Positions 38,160-50,900 of a stretch of DNA of 64,000 nucleotides are shown piece after piece. The DNA lies in contig NC_083435.1 of the NCBI RefSeq assembly GCF_020745735.1, positions 26,597,231 through 26,661,230 of the forward strand, in the 5' to 3' direction. The notes below the pieces were generated by a model, which saw only the letters and a program-made list of their open reading frames with translations, did no database searches and had not been told where the DNA came from. The stretch is from Hemiscyllium ocellatum. Lineage: Eukaryota. The number at the start of each line of letters is the position of its first letter. Within the stretch, counting starts at the first letter, position 1. Both the position numbers and the translations under genes were made by a program.

Positions 38160-39100
38160 TCAGTCCCTTGTATCATGGAAAGGTCCTTCTGCACTGTTTC
38201 CAGTTTAATAACATCCTTTCTATTAGTAAGGTGACCAAAACACAATACTCCAAGTGCTGCCTCACCAACGTCCTGTGCAACTGCAACATAATTTCCCAAC
38301 TATACTCAGTGCCCTGACTGATGAAGGCTGGTGTGCTAAAAGCTGCCTTCACTGTTCTGTCTACCTGTGACTCCATTTTCAGAGAACTGTGCACCAGAAC
38401 TCCATGATCTCTCTCTGTTCCACAATAGTCCTTAAGGCCCTACCATTCACCATGAAACCCCAACCTTGATTTGACTTTCCAAATCACAAGACCTCACACT
38501 TATCTGCATTAAACTCCACTTGCCACTTCCCTAGCTGATCAAGGTCCTGCTGCAATTTTTGATAACCTTCCTAACTATCCACGATACCACCCATTTTAGT
38601 GTCATCTGCAAACTTACTAGTCATACCTTGTATGTTCTCATCCAAATCATTGATATCGATAACAAACAGCAATGGGCCCAGTACTGACCCCTGAGGCACA
38701 CCATTAGTCTCAGGCCTCCAGTCCGACAAACGTCCTTCCATTATTACCCTTTGCTTCCTGCCATCAAGCCAGTTGTGTCTCCAATTTGCCAGCTTCCCCT
38801 GAATTCCATGTGATCTAACCTTCCAGGGCAACCCACCGTTTGGAACCTTTTTAAAGGCCTTACAGAAATCCATTTAGATTATGTTCCTGGTCACTTCAAC
38901 AAAGAATTCTTATAATTTTGTGAGGTATGATCTCCTACACACAAAGTCATGCAGAGTATTCCTAATCAAACCCTGTCTTTCCAAATATGTGTATTTTATC
39001 TCTCCGAACCCTCTCAAGTAACTTACCTACCACAGATATTAGGCTTACTGGTCCATAGTTTCCAGGATTTTTTTGCAGCCCGACACAATATTCGCTACCC
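38160..39100 (-). mobile_element. CR1 LINE remnant in intron 4 of gene 3
   Basis: GVPQGSVLGPLLF...SKFADDTKMGG. Confidence 0.8.
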
Positions 39101-42100
39101 TCCACCTACCAGGACCTCACCCGAGGCTATCGGTTAGAAAGGAAATTTCTTGACAAAAAACCCGAGGATAGACTTTAATCTTGAGAGGGAGATTTAGCCT
39201 ATCCTACCTCACCTTCAATTCTATCTTGAAGTTTGGTTAGACCACATGTCGAGAACTGCAGACAGTTCTGGTTGCCATGTGATGTAAAGGATATGGAGGC
39301 ATCTGAAACAGAGGAAAAAGCAGAAATTGCTGGAGAGTGTGTGTATGTGTGTGTTCAGATGGGAGGTGTGGTTGGGGGTCAGGGTCACTGGATCTAAAGC
39401 ATTAATTCTGCTTTCTCTCTCCACAGATGCTGCAGGCCATGATGAGATTCTCCAGCAATTTCTATTTTGTTCTCTGTCTGGTCTAGAGTATCTGTCTTTC
39501 ATCCTCCTCTTGCTCTCGTGTGCTCTCTCGCTCATACACTCTTTCTTTCTTTTACATCTCCGGGTCATTTTCACTCTCACTCCTGTTCTCGCTCTCACTC
39601 ATTTCTCTTGCTCATGCTTTCCCTCTTGTGAATTTCTCTCTAACACTGTTTCTCTCACACTCATGCTTCTCACTGTCTTGCACACTGTCTCACACTCGCA
39701 TTTCTCACTCTCTTGTTTCTTGCTCTCTCTCTTTCACTCTGATAATGAGCAGTTTCTAATGCCTCTCTTTCCATTTACAGCTTCTGATGAAAGGACATCC
39801 TCAGACAGTTCTGCCATTTCCTGAGGTATGAATATTGTTGGTCGATGTTGTGAGTAGATCATTCTAATTGGGATATAGAACAACCTCAATTATCCGAACG
39901 AGATGGGCGGGAAGTAAGTGATTTGGATAACTGATTGTTTTTGATCAGGTCAGTTATCCGAACAATCAAAGCATTGACAAGACCTTGAGATCTTGTTTGA
40001 ATAATCTGAAATTCAGACAATTGATGTTTGGATAACCGAGGTTATTCGATATTGGAGATGGTCTTCGCATTATGATCTGGAGGGTGGACACTGAGCTCAG
40101 ACTCTCTCTCCCTCCCTGTGTGATCACTAAAGACCAGCTCATGCAGTTTGACACTAAGCTTTCAGACTGTCCTTCTGCAGTTGGCCGACCTTCTCCTGGT
40201 CTCAGCCTCAAGGTATTGTCAAGAGGAGGGATTTGGGCTATAAAACCATCTGGAAACCTGACATCCTTGATGGGGCCTCCTGTCATCTGATTGACGCCTT
40301 TAAAGGAGTCAATGCTCCTAGAGTTCTCGCTGTAGTTTGTTTCTGGAGTTCAGTTTTGCTCTCCCAGGATTCTGAATTACTGCGGTATGGTGGATGTGGT
40401 CTAGATCTGATGGAGGCTTCCGAGCAGGTCAGTAGACCAGACCGTATGGAGATAGAGGAGAACTGTTTTGACTGGCGGTGTGTGTCGGACTCGAATGTCA
40501 GTGTAGTTAAATTCAGACCTATTGAGGGTGAAACTAGGAAACACTTCCACACATACAGAGTGGGAAATGGTTAGAACTCTCTCTTTCTCAGAAGGTAATT
40601 GATGTAAAATGAACTTCAGTGAATTAAAATCTATAAAACTCAAAATTAAGAGACAAATGGAAGATACATAAATGGATTGAGGCAACACACCAGCAAAGAT
40701 CTGATTGAATAGTGCAATGGGATTGAGGGGCTAAATGGCCTCCTCAACTTCCATGTTCCTGTGGGTTTTGCTGGTCTTTAGGGAGTGGGTCTGAGGGGTT
40801 TTACTGATGTTTGGGGAATGGAGCTTTTGTGTTTCACTGCTGGTGTTTATGGGAGATGCTGTATGATCTGCTGGTTTTTCTGTGCTTTCTAACAGAGTTT
40901 TTTTTTCTCTTCTCCATGGTCCTCCAATGTCCTTGCTGGAAACCAGGTTTCCATTGCTGGAATTGATCTTCTAATTTGTTCATCCTCAATTTCAGGAGTG
41001 ATTTGAATTGTCAGTCTGGCTTAGTGAAATGTTTACATTTTGTTAATGATAGATTATTGAAATCCCTCTGTGGCAGATGTTGAAATGGGAATTCAGTCAA
41101 ATTTAAAATGAAGAGACAGCTTAATGGTGACCATGTAACCATTATTGTTTGTTGTTAAAAGCCATCTGGTTCACTAATGCCCTTCCAGGATAGAAATTAT
41201 TACAGACTGGTCTACATGTCACTACGCAACGAGTTAACTCTTAACTGCCCTCTGGACAACAGGCATTGCCGGTGATGGCCAAATCTCAGGAAACAACTTT
41301 TAATGTTTGACAGTGTGGTTATTTTTCCTGAGCAAAAACTTCATCTCCACAGCACAACACCCATTGGTCATGCCACATGCACAATACTGCCAGTCAGTTC
41401 AGCACATACACATGATCTTAATCAGCCATTCATCAGTGGGATCATCCCAGACCTCAATTTGAATTTTCCTGCACCTTAAATACTGAGTGAAGCCTTTTCT
41501 ATGAGCTTGTTACACAGCAATATCTCTGGATACTGATGGAAGACAACATTAGCGTAAGGTAATGTCATGAATACATGTCATGCATCCACCTGTTTCCCAT
41601 GCCATGCTGTAGTCTCACACTTTCTGTTTCCATGTTCACACTCCTATCAATTTATAACCTTCCTCGTGCAAAGCCTCAATAGAGCTGCGTACTCATGGTC
41701 TGCATTCCAGCTTCCTGTCTTGGGTTCAAGGCTGCACTATTTTCTGTCCCACTCTCTCCAACTCTGAGATTTCGCTGAGGTGTTTATTGAGTCATCGAGT
41801 CATACAGAACAGAAACGACCCAAACAATCTATGTTCCCAAAGTAAACTAGTCCCACCTGGCTATGCCACGTCTATATCACTACAAACATTTATTATTTGT
41901 GTACTCATCCAAATATAAATGGTGTAAATATACCATGTCCACCACTTCCTCTGGACATTCATTCCAAACACAAACCATTCTCAGTGTAAAAATGTTGCCT
42001 CTCATGTAGGTTTAAATTCTTTCTCCTCTCACCTTAAAAATATGGTCCATGGTCTGGAAATTCATCCTCCCTCCACACGCGGACACGTACACACACACCT

Positions 42101-42274
42101 CCTCATACAGACCCTCTCTCATACACATGCTGTCTCTCATACACACATAGTCCCCCCATACTCACATCCACACATGTGCCCTCTCACAGGATTATACTGT
42201 TACACTCACACACACACTGCCAAGCACACACACATGTAAACGCAAACTCACTTGCACTCACTCACATACATGTG

Positions 42275-42309
<35 letters not shown>

Positions 42310-44499
42310 CTATCAGGTGAATTTGCATTTGCAGAATTGTTTTGGCAGACATGTTGTATACTTTTGGGGCAAAATATAATCTGCAGGCAGTCGATCCATA
42401 TCACCTAAAGTTATCTCGAGAATGTGACTACAAAGAAATTCTGGCATTTTCATATTAATGAATCAAAACCTATAACCCACGCTGAAAGATGAAAGACTTA
42501 ACAGCAATCTTGGTTTGTTCAATATATTGTTTCAGTTGTATGATGCTGTGATCTTTTGCTATAAATTCTGTATCTTGTCTCACAGCTACCTGATGAAAGA
42601 GCAACGCTCCGAAAGATAGTGCTTCCAAATAAATGTGCTGGTCCATAACCTGGTGTTGTATGATTTTTAACTTTGTCCACCCCAGTCCAATGCCAGCACC
42701 TCCACATCATCTGCAATAAGAAAGAGTCTAACCATCAGCCTTTGACCATCAATAGCTTTACCATCACTGAATCCCACTATCAACCTCTGAGGGGTTTCTA
42801 TTAATCTGAACCTGAACTGGACTGAACATATAATACAGTGGCTACAAGAGCAAGTTAGAGGCAAAGAATACAGCAACACGCAACTCACCTCTGACTCACC
42901 AAAGCCAGTTCACCATCAAGAATGCACAATTCAGGAGTGTGATGTAATACTCCTGACTTACCTATATGTGTGCAATTCCAGCAACACTGATCAAGTTTGA
43001 CACCATCCAAGACAATGCATTGGCGCCAGATTCACAACTAATTAGCTACTCCGCAAGTGACACTCAGTAGCAGCAGTCCATACTGTTTACAAGATGCACT
43101 GTGAACCTTCAACACAACACTTAGACAATGCCCTCCACATCAATGTCCATGACCTCCCAGAAGGATAAGGGCAGCAGATACTGGGAAAACCACTATCTAC
43201 ATGATATCCTCCAAACTACTCACCATTCTAGCTTGGAAATATATCTGTATTCATCAGTGTCACTGGGTCACAACCCTGGAATTCTCCATGAGTGTGGCCA
43301 GAGCCCACATTTGTCAGAGCCCTTGAAGATTCTGGCCACAGAAACTGACAGACAAATGCCTTACTCATATCAATCCAATGAGATGTATGATGGTGGCCCT
43401 GAGGCCGTACTGGGAGATTACCAGAGGTTACTGTTCATGGACCAAACCTACAAAATCAATGAGTGTGATTTCCCTCTCCATCAGCTGATAACATGTGACA
43501 ATTCCACCAGCTCCGCACACCATTGTGCAGAAGTTGCTGTTTGAGAGAATGGATGCAATTGTGCAGAAAATCCCACATACTTCTGTTTCCAGGTGAAGAC
43601 CAACCATCCAATGTTCATGGTAACACCAACTGTTACACTAACAGAATATTCAGCAAAAATGCCAGCCTGGCAATGAAAGACACCATCTCTGCACAGGTCT
43701 CCCATCAGAATACCCTGGACAGAGAACACTCCTGCCTGACATTTCTATAGGGCTTTCCTTTCCAGCGGAAGCACTGCCAAAGCTGCAGATACTGTGTGCA
43801 CAGTTCATGAGCCACCTGGTGGGCTTAGTGAACAAAGGCCACAGGTGGATACAGTAAGGGAGTGTGGAGCAGCAACCACTGTAACTTTGTAAACAGTAAC
43901 AATAAGTAACTCACCTCTGCCTCACTGACATTCCATGATTTCCACAGAAAGGTGTGGGATATCATTCAGGAATGTCCAGCAGGAATTCAGGCAGTACTAT
44001 CTTTGAGACTGACCGCTGCTTTCCATCTCTACGCGATGATGATGGGTTACCCTTTCAGTGTAAATGGGGTAATGTTTGAAGTAATGTTTGCAGCATTTGA
44101 AGCTGGATGTGAAAGCTAAACATTGGCAAAGTACTTACATCTCAGAGTGAGAGTCGTTGCCATGAAATGTGAACACCCGAACAAGTGAGGGAAATCACAG
44201 AAACAGAGGACGAAGGACATTCAACCTTTTAACTCTGCTCCACCATTCAAAATGATCACGGCTGATCGTCCAACTCAGGACCCTATTTCCATTTTTTCCC
44301 TATCCACTTGTATTCATTTCATCCTAAGAGCTGTACCTAACCTTTTCCTCCAAATATTTAGTGTGACAGAGACTCACCACTCTCTGGATGAAGACATCTC
44401 TCCTCATCTCAGTTCAAAATGGCCTCCCTCACATCCTTAGACTGTGATCCATGGTCTGGACTCCTTGCTCATTGGGATGTACCCTGCATTTACCCTATC

Positions 44500-45400
44500 T
44501 TGTCCTGGGTTTCTATGAGATCTCACTCCTCAATCTTCTAACCCCTACTGCAAAACGTCCTAACCCATCCAATCTCTCTCATATGTCTGTCCTGGTATCC
44601 CTGGAATTGATCTGGTAAAGGTTTGTTGCTCTCCCTCCATTGGCAGAATTTTGTTCCTCTGATAACGTGACCAAAACTGGATACAATATTCGCAGTGTGG
44701 TATCACCAAATGTCTTCGAGTAAAAAATGAGGTCTGCAGATGCTGGAGATCACAGCTGCAAATGTGTTGCTGGTCAAAGCACAGCAGGTTAGGCAGCATC
44801 TCAGGAATAGAGAATTCGACGTTTCGAGCATAAGCCCTTCATCAGGAATAAACATTCCTGATGAAGGGCTTATGCTCGAAACGTCGAATTCTCTATTCCT
44901 GAGATGCTGCCTAACCTGCTGTGCTTTGACCAGCAACACATTTGCAGCTATCACCAAATGTCTGTCCAATTGCAGCAAGATGTCGTTGCTCCTGCACTCA
45001 AACATTCTCACTATGAAGCTCAACAGTTTGTGTTCTTTATCGCCTGCCACATCTGCATGTTTACCTTCAGTGATGGCTGTAGAGCGTTTGTTCCACCTTC
45101 CTTTTTCCCAATTTTTTGACATTCAAATAGGATCTGCCTTCCTGTTTTCACTGTTAAAGTACATAAGCTGAATTTTAACCACATTATCTTGCATCTGCCA
45201 TGCATTTGCCCACTCATTCAACTTGTCCAAAATACACTGATACATCCCTGCATCCTGCTCACAACTCAGCCTCCCTCCCAGCTTTGTGTCATCTGCAAAT
45301 TTGGAGGTATTACATGAAGTTTGTTCATCTAAATCATTAATGTAGTGAATCGCTGAGCTCCAAGCACTGATCACTGTGAAACCTCACACATCATTGACTA
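44500..45400 (-). mobile_element. CR1 LINE remnant (paralog of 1740-2400), interrupted by the Penelope palindrome
   Basis: SKFADDTKLGG ORF at 45123-45374. Confidence 0.78.
44716..44948. mobile_element. Penelope terminal-repeat palindrome insert, unit D only
   Basis: 15-bp TSD TATCACCAAATGTCT (44701-44715, 44949-44963); 95-bp arms 44755-44849 and 44854-44948 around a 4-nt loop AAAC. Confidence 0.92.
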
Positions 45401-47593
45401 CCACAAGGAAAATGAACATATATTCTTGCTTTCCAACTACCAATGGATTCTTGAAACAAACCCTCATCAAGACACACAGAACTTATTTAAAAATTAGTTT
45501 ATAGCACTGACAATTTTACACTGTCAGAAGTAAGCCAGAGGGAAACACCAATAATCATTGGAAATGAGAATATAGTTCTTCATAAAGGTTTATGTTAAAG
45601 TATACGGGTCAGACTAATTAGCATCATTCACAACTTTTCCTCATTCTTCATTCTTGAAAAGTGATAAAGGACAATTTGGAAACCCAACTCAGCAACATCT
45701 GAAGGAGGAAGACAGGAACCTAGCCATTGCTGTACAATATGTGCTGCAGTGAAATATGTGAAACCACAGTAAAGGTGGACAAACTTATTCAAGCTGTAAG
45801 TTCACTCAGTGAAACCAATTAAAGAGAATAAGAGTCTTTACTAAGATCAGCCTGAATTATTCAGAATGCCATGAGTAATCTTTGAAAAACTATGAAGAGG
45901 ACAGGATTAGTTTTAAAACCACAGACAGCTGGTTCCATTCAGTAGAGTCAGTATCAAGGGCACAAATTGTTTATTAGGCCACACACAGCCAGATTCCTCC
46001 ATTTCTAACAATAAAGTTGGGAATGCTCCATTTTGGCTGCAAAAGCCCAGAAAAATCCTTCAATAACCAATACAGAAGACACATTGCTGGATTGTAATAC
46101 ACTCCTGACTTGCACGGAATATATTTCGCTCTTAAAGTTTTCATTTGGGGTAATGGATTATGCTTCATCCAATCCGATGATGAAATGAGGTCTTAGTTGA
46201 GACGATCTTGTGTCAGCACACTCGACAAAGCCGACTAAAACACAACTGAAACGGACAAATGAGGCAGTAAACCCAGATTCTGGTGACCAAGAGTTCACCG
46301 ACCTCTCCAAACACCGCCAGCAGCAACAAGGTTCCATCATAAAACCCCTTGTTGATGGTGAACAGGCTTTGCGGAGCCAGGAGTTGAACTACTTACTGCT
46401 GAATCCCCACTCTCTCATCAACCGTTAAAATCACAGTGTTAATACTGCTGGTCACATTCAGGTTCTGGTCAGTGGAATACAACTTAATATTGATGGTGGG
46501 AGATTCAATGATGGTAGAGCCTTTGAATGTCAAAGTATTGAGGTGAATGAAAGATGTTGAGATTCGGTCTTGCTGAAGATGGTCGTTGCCTGGTACTTGT
46601 TTGGCATGAATGTGATTTCCCACCTGCTAGCCCAAATTTGTATCATGCTATGTAATTACATGGACTGATTCAGTGTCTGAGGTCTCACACTGAAAAATAT
46701 CCAACCATCAGTGAACATCGTGACTTCTGACCTAAGGATGTAGTGAAGGTTATTGATGAAGGAGTTGAAAATCTTTGGACCTAACACCGTTTCATGAGGA
46801 ACACATGCAGTGCTGTCCTGTGTCTGAGATTGCTGTACCTGAACAGTTTCACTGGGGGCACATAACGCCAAGAAATTTGTTAGGGCCCACAGCCTTTGCT
46901 ATATCCCTAGGTGTTAACTGAACACCAGGTCTGGCAGGATTTGGAGGCAGATTCAGGAAGCCCATTTCCTCTCTTTGTTTTATTCATCGAATGTGGACAT
47001 CATTCACTAGGCAGCAATTTATTGCCCAGTCCTATTTCTCCAGAAGATAATTGCTGTGGGATCTGGAGTCACTTGTAGGCCCAGACCAGATAAAGACAGG
47101 AGATTTCCTTGTACAAAAGGTCATGAATGAACTCGATGGTTTTACAGCTATCCTCATTGGGTACATGCTCAACACATGTTTCAGTTCCAAGTTGTTTTTT
47201 ATTTGAATTCAAACCTCACTGTCTGCCATGAGAGGATGTGAACCCATGTCCCCAGATCATTATGTGAGGGGATTCCCAGCTCAGTGACATCACCGCATTC
47301 TCACCATCTTCCCTCACATCAAGGATCCATCTAAACATATCTTCTCTAAAGGTATGTGAATGTTGGGATAATTTCAAAAGTATTTCCATATCAGAGATGA
47401 TTGCATTTTTGGAGACTGAGGTTTGTCTGATATTTTGGCGATTGAAGGAGGTGAAACTGGAGTTGAAAATCAGCAATGATCTCATTGGGTGGTTTAGCAA
47501 TATCGAGGGGCTGAATGGTCTCTGTCCCAATGAATTGCAGCTCAGCTCATTCTCCCAGCAACTGGTGATGACAGTGGAAGTGTTTCGGTGATT

Positions 47594-47710
47594 GGGAAGT
47601 CCCAATCCTGGGCGGAGTTATGCAATTTGTTTGTTGTCTATTCTGCCGGAGTCTGGTGACTCACGGAGTCGTTTTATTGTGATTGGATGGATGATAGTTT
47701 GGGAGTGTGA
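47594..47710 (+). promoter_or_regulatory. Gene 4 proximal promoter (kB, X2 and Y intact; S box mutated, CCAAT deleted)
   Basis: GGGAAGTCCC 47594-47603; S box CAATTT 47623-47628; X1 47645-47656; X2 47657-47663; Y 47682-47686; CCAATCA missing at ~47704. Confidence 0.75.
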
Positions 47711-47890
47711 AGGTGTCTCGGTGAAGAGGAACAGGAACAAAAACTGAAGCAAAGTGCTTAAAAATCTGTCTGGAGAGATATTGAAGACTCTTCTTCAGAA
47801 CAGTTTAATATCACTCTCGATGACAGCTCACAGACTGAGAGTGTCCGCTGGAAAATAATTTATCCACCATGACTGTCAACTGAAGTCACG

Positions 47891-47939
47891 ATGATTGGAC
47901 TGATAGTGCTGGGGCTTCTATGGGGAGAGCTCTCTGCAG
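47891..47939 (+). CDS. Gene 4 exon 1, leader
   Basis: MIGLIVLGLLWGELSA, donor G|GTTAGT. Confidence 0.85.
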
Positions 47940-50900
47940 GTTAGTAATGGGGGTGTGAGAGAGGGGTAGCGCCAGACTGGGAACTGGGGCATTAACCTTT
48001 GATCGTGTTACCGTCAGAATGGTTTATAGGGTAATATTTATCTGTTTTATGTTTAAACGTCAGTGAATACACTGTTTCAAATGATTTAGGTTCGTACGAG
48101 ATTTAACCATAAGGCCAAAAGATCTGTATTTGCGAAATTCAAAAGATATGTGAATATTACAGGGTGAAAAGTAAAAATGTGAAATTGGTAGACTTTTTTT
48201 TCAAAAGTATAGAGAAAGAAGTTAACAACATCATGTGATGAAGCTGAAGTGAATTGTGAAATTCTCTCCAGTGCTGGAGAAAAGGTGAACAAAATGATTC
48301 ATGATTCAGGAATTGATGCCCTGATTTTTCTGTGTTTCAGAAACTCACTCTCTCCGGTATTTTGACACTGGTATGACTCCGATTCCCAATTTCCCAGAGT
48401 TTGTGATTGTTGGTTATGTGGACGGGGTCCAGTTTGCTATGTATGACAGCAATCGCAAGGATTTACTCCCCCGGGAACAGTGGATGGTGGACCGCGAGGG
48501 ACCCAAGGCCTGGAAGCGGAAACTTTCCCTCGCTCAGGAGCGAGAAGACATTGCCAAACTGCATATTCCGATATTTATGTCACGGACCAACCAGACAGGG
48601 GGTGAGTGCTCACCGTTCCACAGAATGACATCTTCCTGTGCATTTGAGGAGTCTGGGTGGGAATGGGTGAAATTAGGAGTGAATCTGAGTTCCAGAGACT
48701 GACCGACTGGCTGTGGGAATGGTTGGAGGAGACACCAACTGTCTCTGATCAGCAACTTGTGTTTCTGATTGACAGGGATCCACATTTACCAGATGATGAC
48801 TGGCTGTGACCTGAGGGATGATGGGACTGTGAGCGGGTTCAACCTCAGAGGATGGGACGGGCAAGATTTGATCAGCTTCGATAAGGACCACATGGTATGG
48901 ATGACTCCAGTCCCCTGGGCGGAAAGCATCAAAAACAGATGGGACCAGGATGTGGTGGATAATCAGAGGTGGAAGCATTACCTGGAAGTGGAGTGCATCG
49001 AGTGGCTGAGGAAATACCTGGAGTATGGACAGAAGGAACTGAGAGTCGGTGAGTGAGTGAGAGGTGTTGTGGTGAAAGATGTCTGGACCTTTCTCTCTTT
49101 ATGTTCCTGCACTGACTCCTCTTCCTCTCTCCCTCAGTTGCCCCCATTGTGTCCTTTATCCGTCTGGGTGATTCTAACCGACTGTCCTGTCTCGTCACTG
49201 GGTTTTACCCACGAGCCATCGAGGTGACCCTTTGGAGGGACGGAGTGTTGATCGGTGAGACCCTGTCCACAGGGATCTTACCCAATCACGATTGGACTTA
49301 CCAGATCCGGAAATGGATAGAGTTTGATCCGGAGGATCAGGCTGAGTATTCCTGTCAGGTGGAGCACAGCGGGCTGGAGGAGAAGCTGGTGGTGATTTAT
49401 GGTAAGACTGATTCTCTTTGTGAGAGAGGAATCGGACTCAGACCAGGATCACAAGAGAGAGGACCAGCTGAGCTGCTTCAGCAGGACGCTCCAGGGTAGA
49501 GAGAGAGACATTCATATGAACTGTCAGTGTGTCACAGTGCTCACATCAGTTGTAGAGGATGGTAAAATTAAGGCAGTGAATCAGGGACAGTTTGCCAGTG
49601 TATCTTGGTGTGTAATGCTGCCCAGCATCTTAATATCCAGGATCATTAAGGACTAAAGTATTAGTATATCATCTGATATGTGTGTGACAGAACCAGCTAT
49701 GTCCATTCAGTTCACCATATTTCCTGAGCACTCTTCAAGTCCATGGACACTTTAATCTCAAAGGACAAGGGCAGTAGATACTTGGGAACGCCAGCTCCTG
49801 CAAGCTCCCCTCCAAGCTACTCAGCATCCTGACTTGGAATTACATTGTGGGTCCATCTACAACACATAAGCTGCATTGGCCTAAGAAGGCAGCTCACCAC
49901 CACCTTCTGTCGAGCAATTCGGGAATGACTGTAAAGACTGGCCCAGGCATTGACACCCATATCCCTGTGAATTAAAAAAGAGAAACAGATCCTGAGATGT
50001 TTTATTATGAGACAGTCCAATGAATCCAGGGATAATAATGTCCAATAGGATCAATGTATCCTGATATTTCAGCATGGCAGCATCCAGTGTATCCTGGAAT
50101 TGTAGCCCAGTCTATTTAACATTGTTTCTTGATGATCTTTGTCCAACTCAGTGTAACAATGAATAGTCAGCATGAATTTTGAGGGAGAATATTGTGTTTG
50201 ACCAACTCCATTGAATATTTTTCATGAAGTAACAGAGGATACACAGTAGTAATGTTGCACATGTACTGTTGCAAAGTTTTCAAAAGGCCTTTGATCAGAT
50301 ACTCCCATAATAGAAACATTTAGAGAATGTGGGGTCAGTGGGAATGTGATAAAATGGATTGTTAGCTGCTTTGCAGCCAGGAAACAGAGATTGGGGGAAA
50401 AGGGTTAGTTAGTCAGAGTGTCAGAATGTGGGAAGTGGTGTTCTGCAAGGAAACACTTCCCTTCACATTTACAATATTGATTTGGACTTTGAAATTATGG
50501 AAATACAGAATTGTTCTAAAGAAGGCTCTTCAGCCCATCATGCCCTGACTGTCTCTCTGAGCATTACCACTCAGTGCTATTCTCCTGCCTTCTCCGCATC
50601 ACCCTGAATTTGATTTTATTTAAACGTAAATTTAGAATTTAAATTATTATATACAGCAGCACTAAGCAGCCTGGAGACCAAGACAGCAATCCCAGGTAGT
50701 CCCAGGGAGGAGAGAAACATTTCAATATATTCTAACAAAGAGCAGAGATGAGCTTTGGACACTCCTGTGTGATAGGAGACAGGAGATGCAAAATCCCAAC
50801 GTGAGGTGTCTTATGCACCGGACAGCCTGGTTGTGTCTACGACATCACATTAGTCATTGATTCTGGTGATCAAAAACAATTGTCTCCAAAGAAAAACATC

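Larger units (their letters stand above)
34515..39824 (+). pseudogene. MHC class I gene 3, pseudogene
   Basis: Exons 34515-34563; 34972-35887 (split by LTR 35052-35701, TGA at 35827-35829); 36062-36315 (19-bp deletion); 36405-36668; 39781-39824. TM and first cytoplasmic exons are deleted. Confidence 0.93.
29303..42743 (+). repeat. Tandem segmental unit C (contains pseudogene 3)
   Basis: Colinear with A. Has a solo LTR, a SINE insertion and a ~1.86 kb deletion removing the TM exon. Confidence 0.95.

Noticed and set aside
34515-39824. Gene 3 as a currently functional secreted class I
   Set aside because: An LTR in alpha1, TGA at 35827 and a 19-bp frameshifting deletion at ~36259 each abolish the product.
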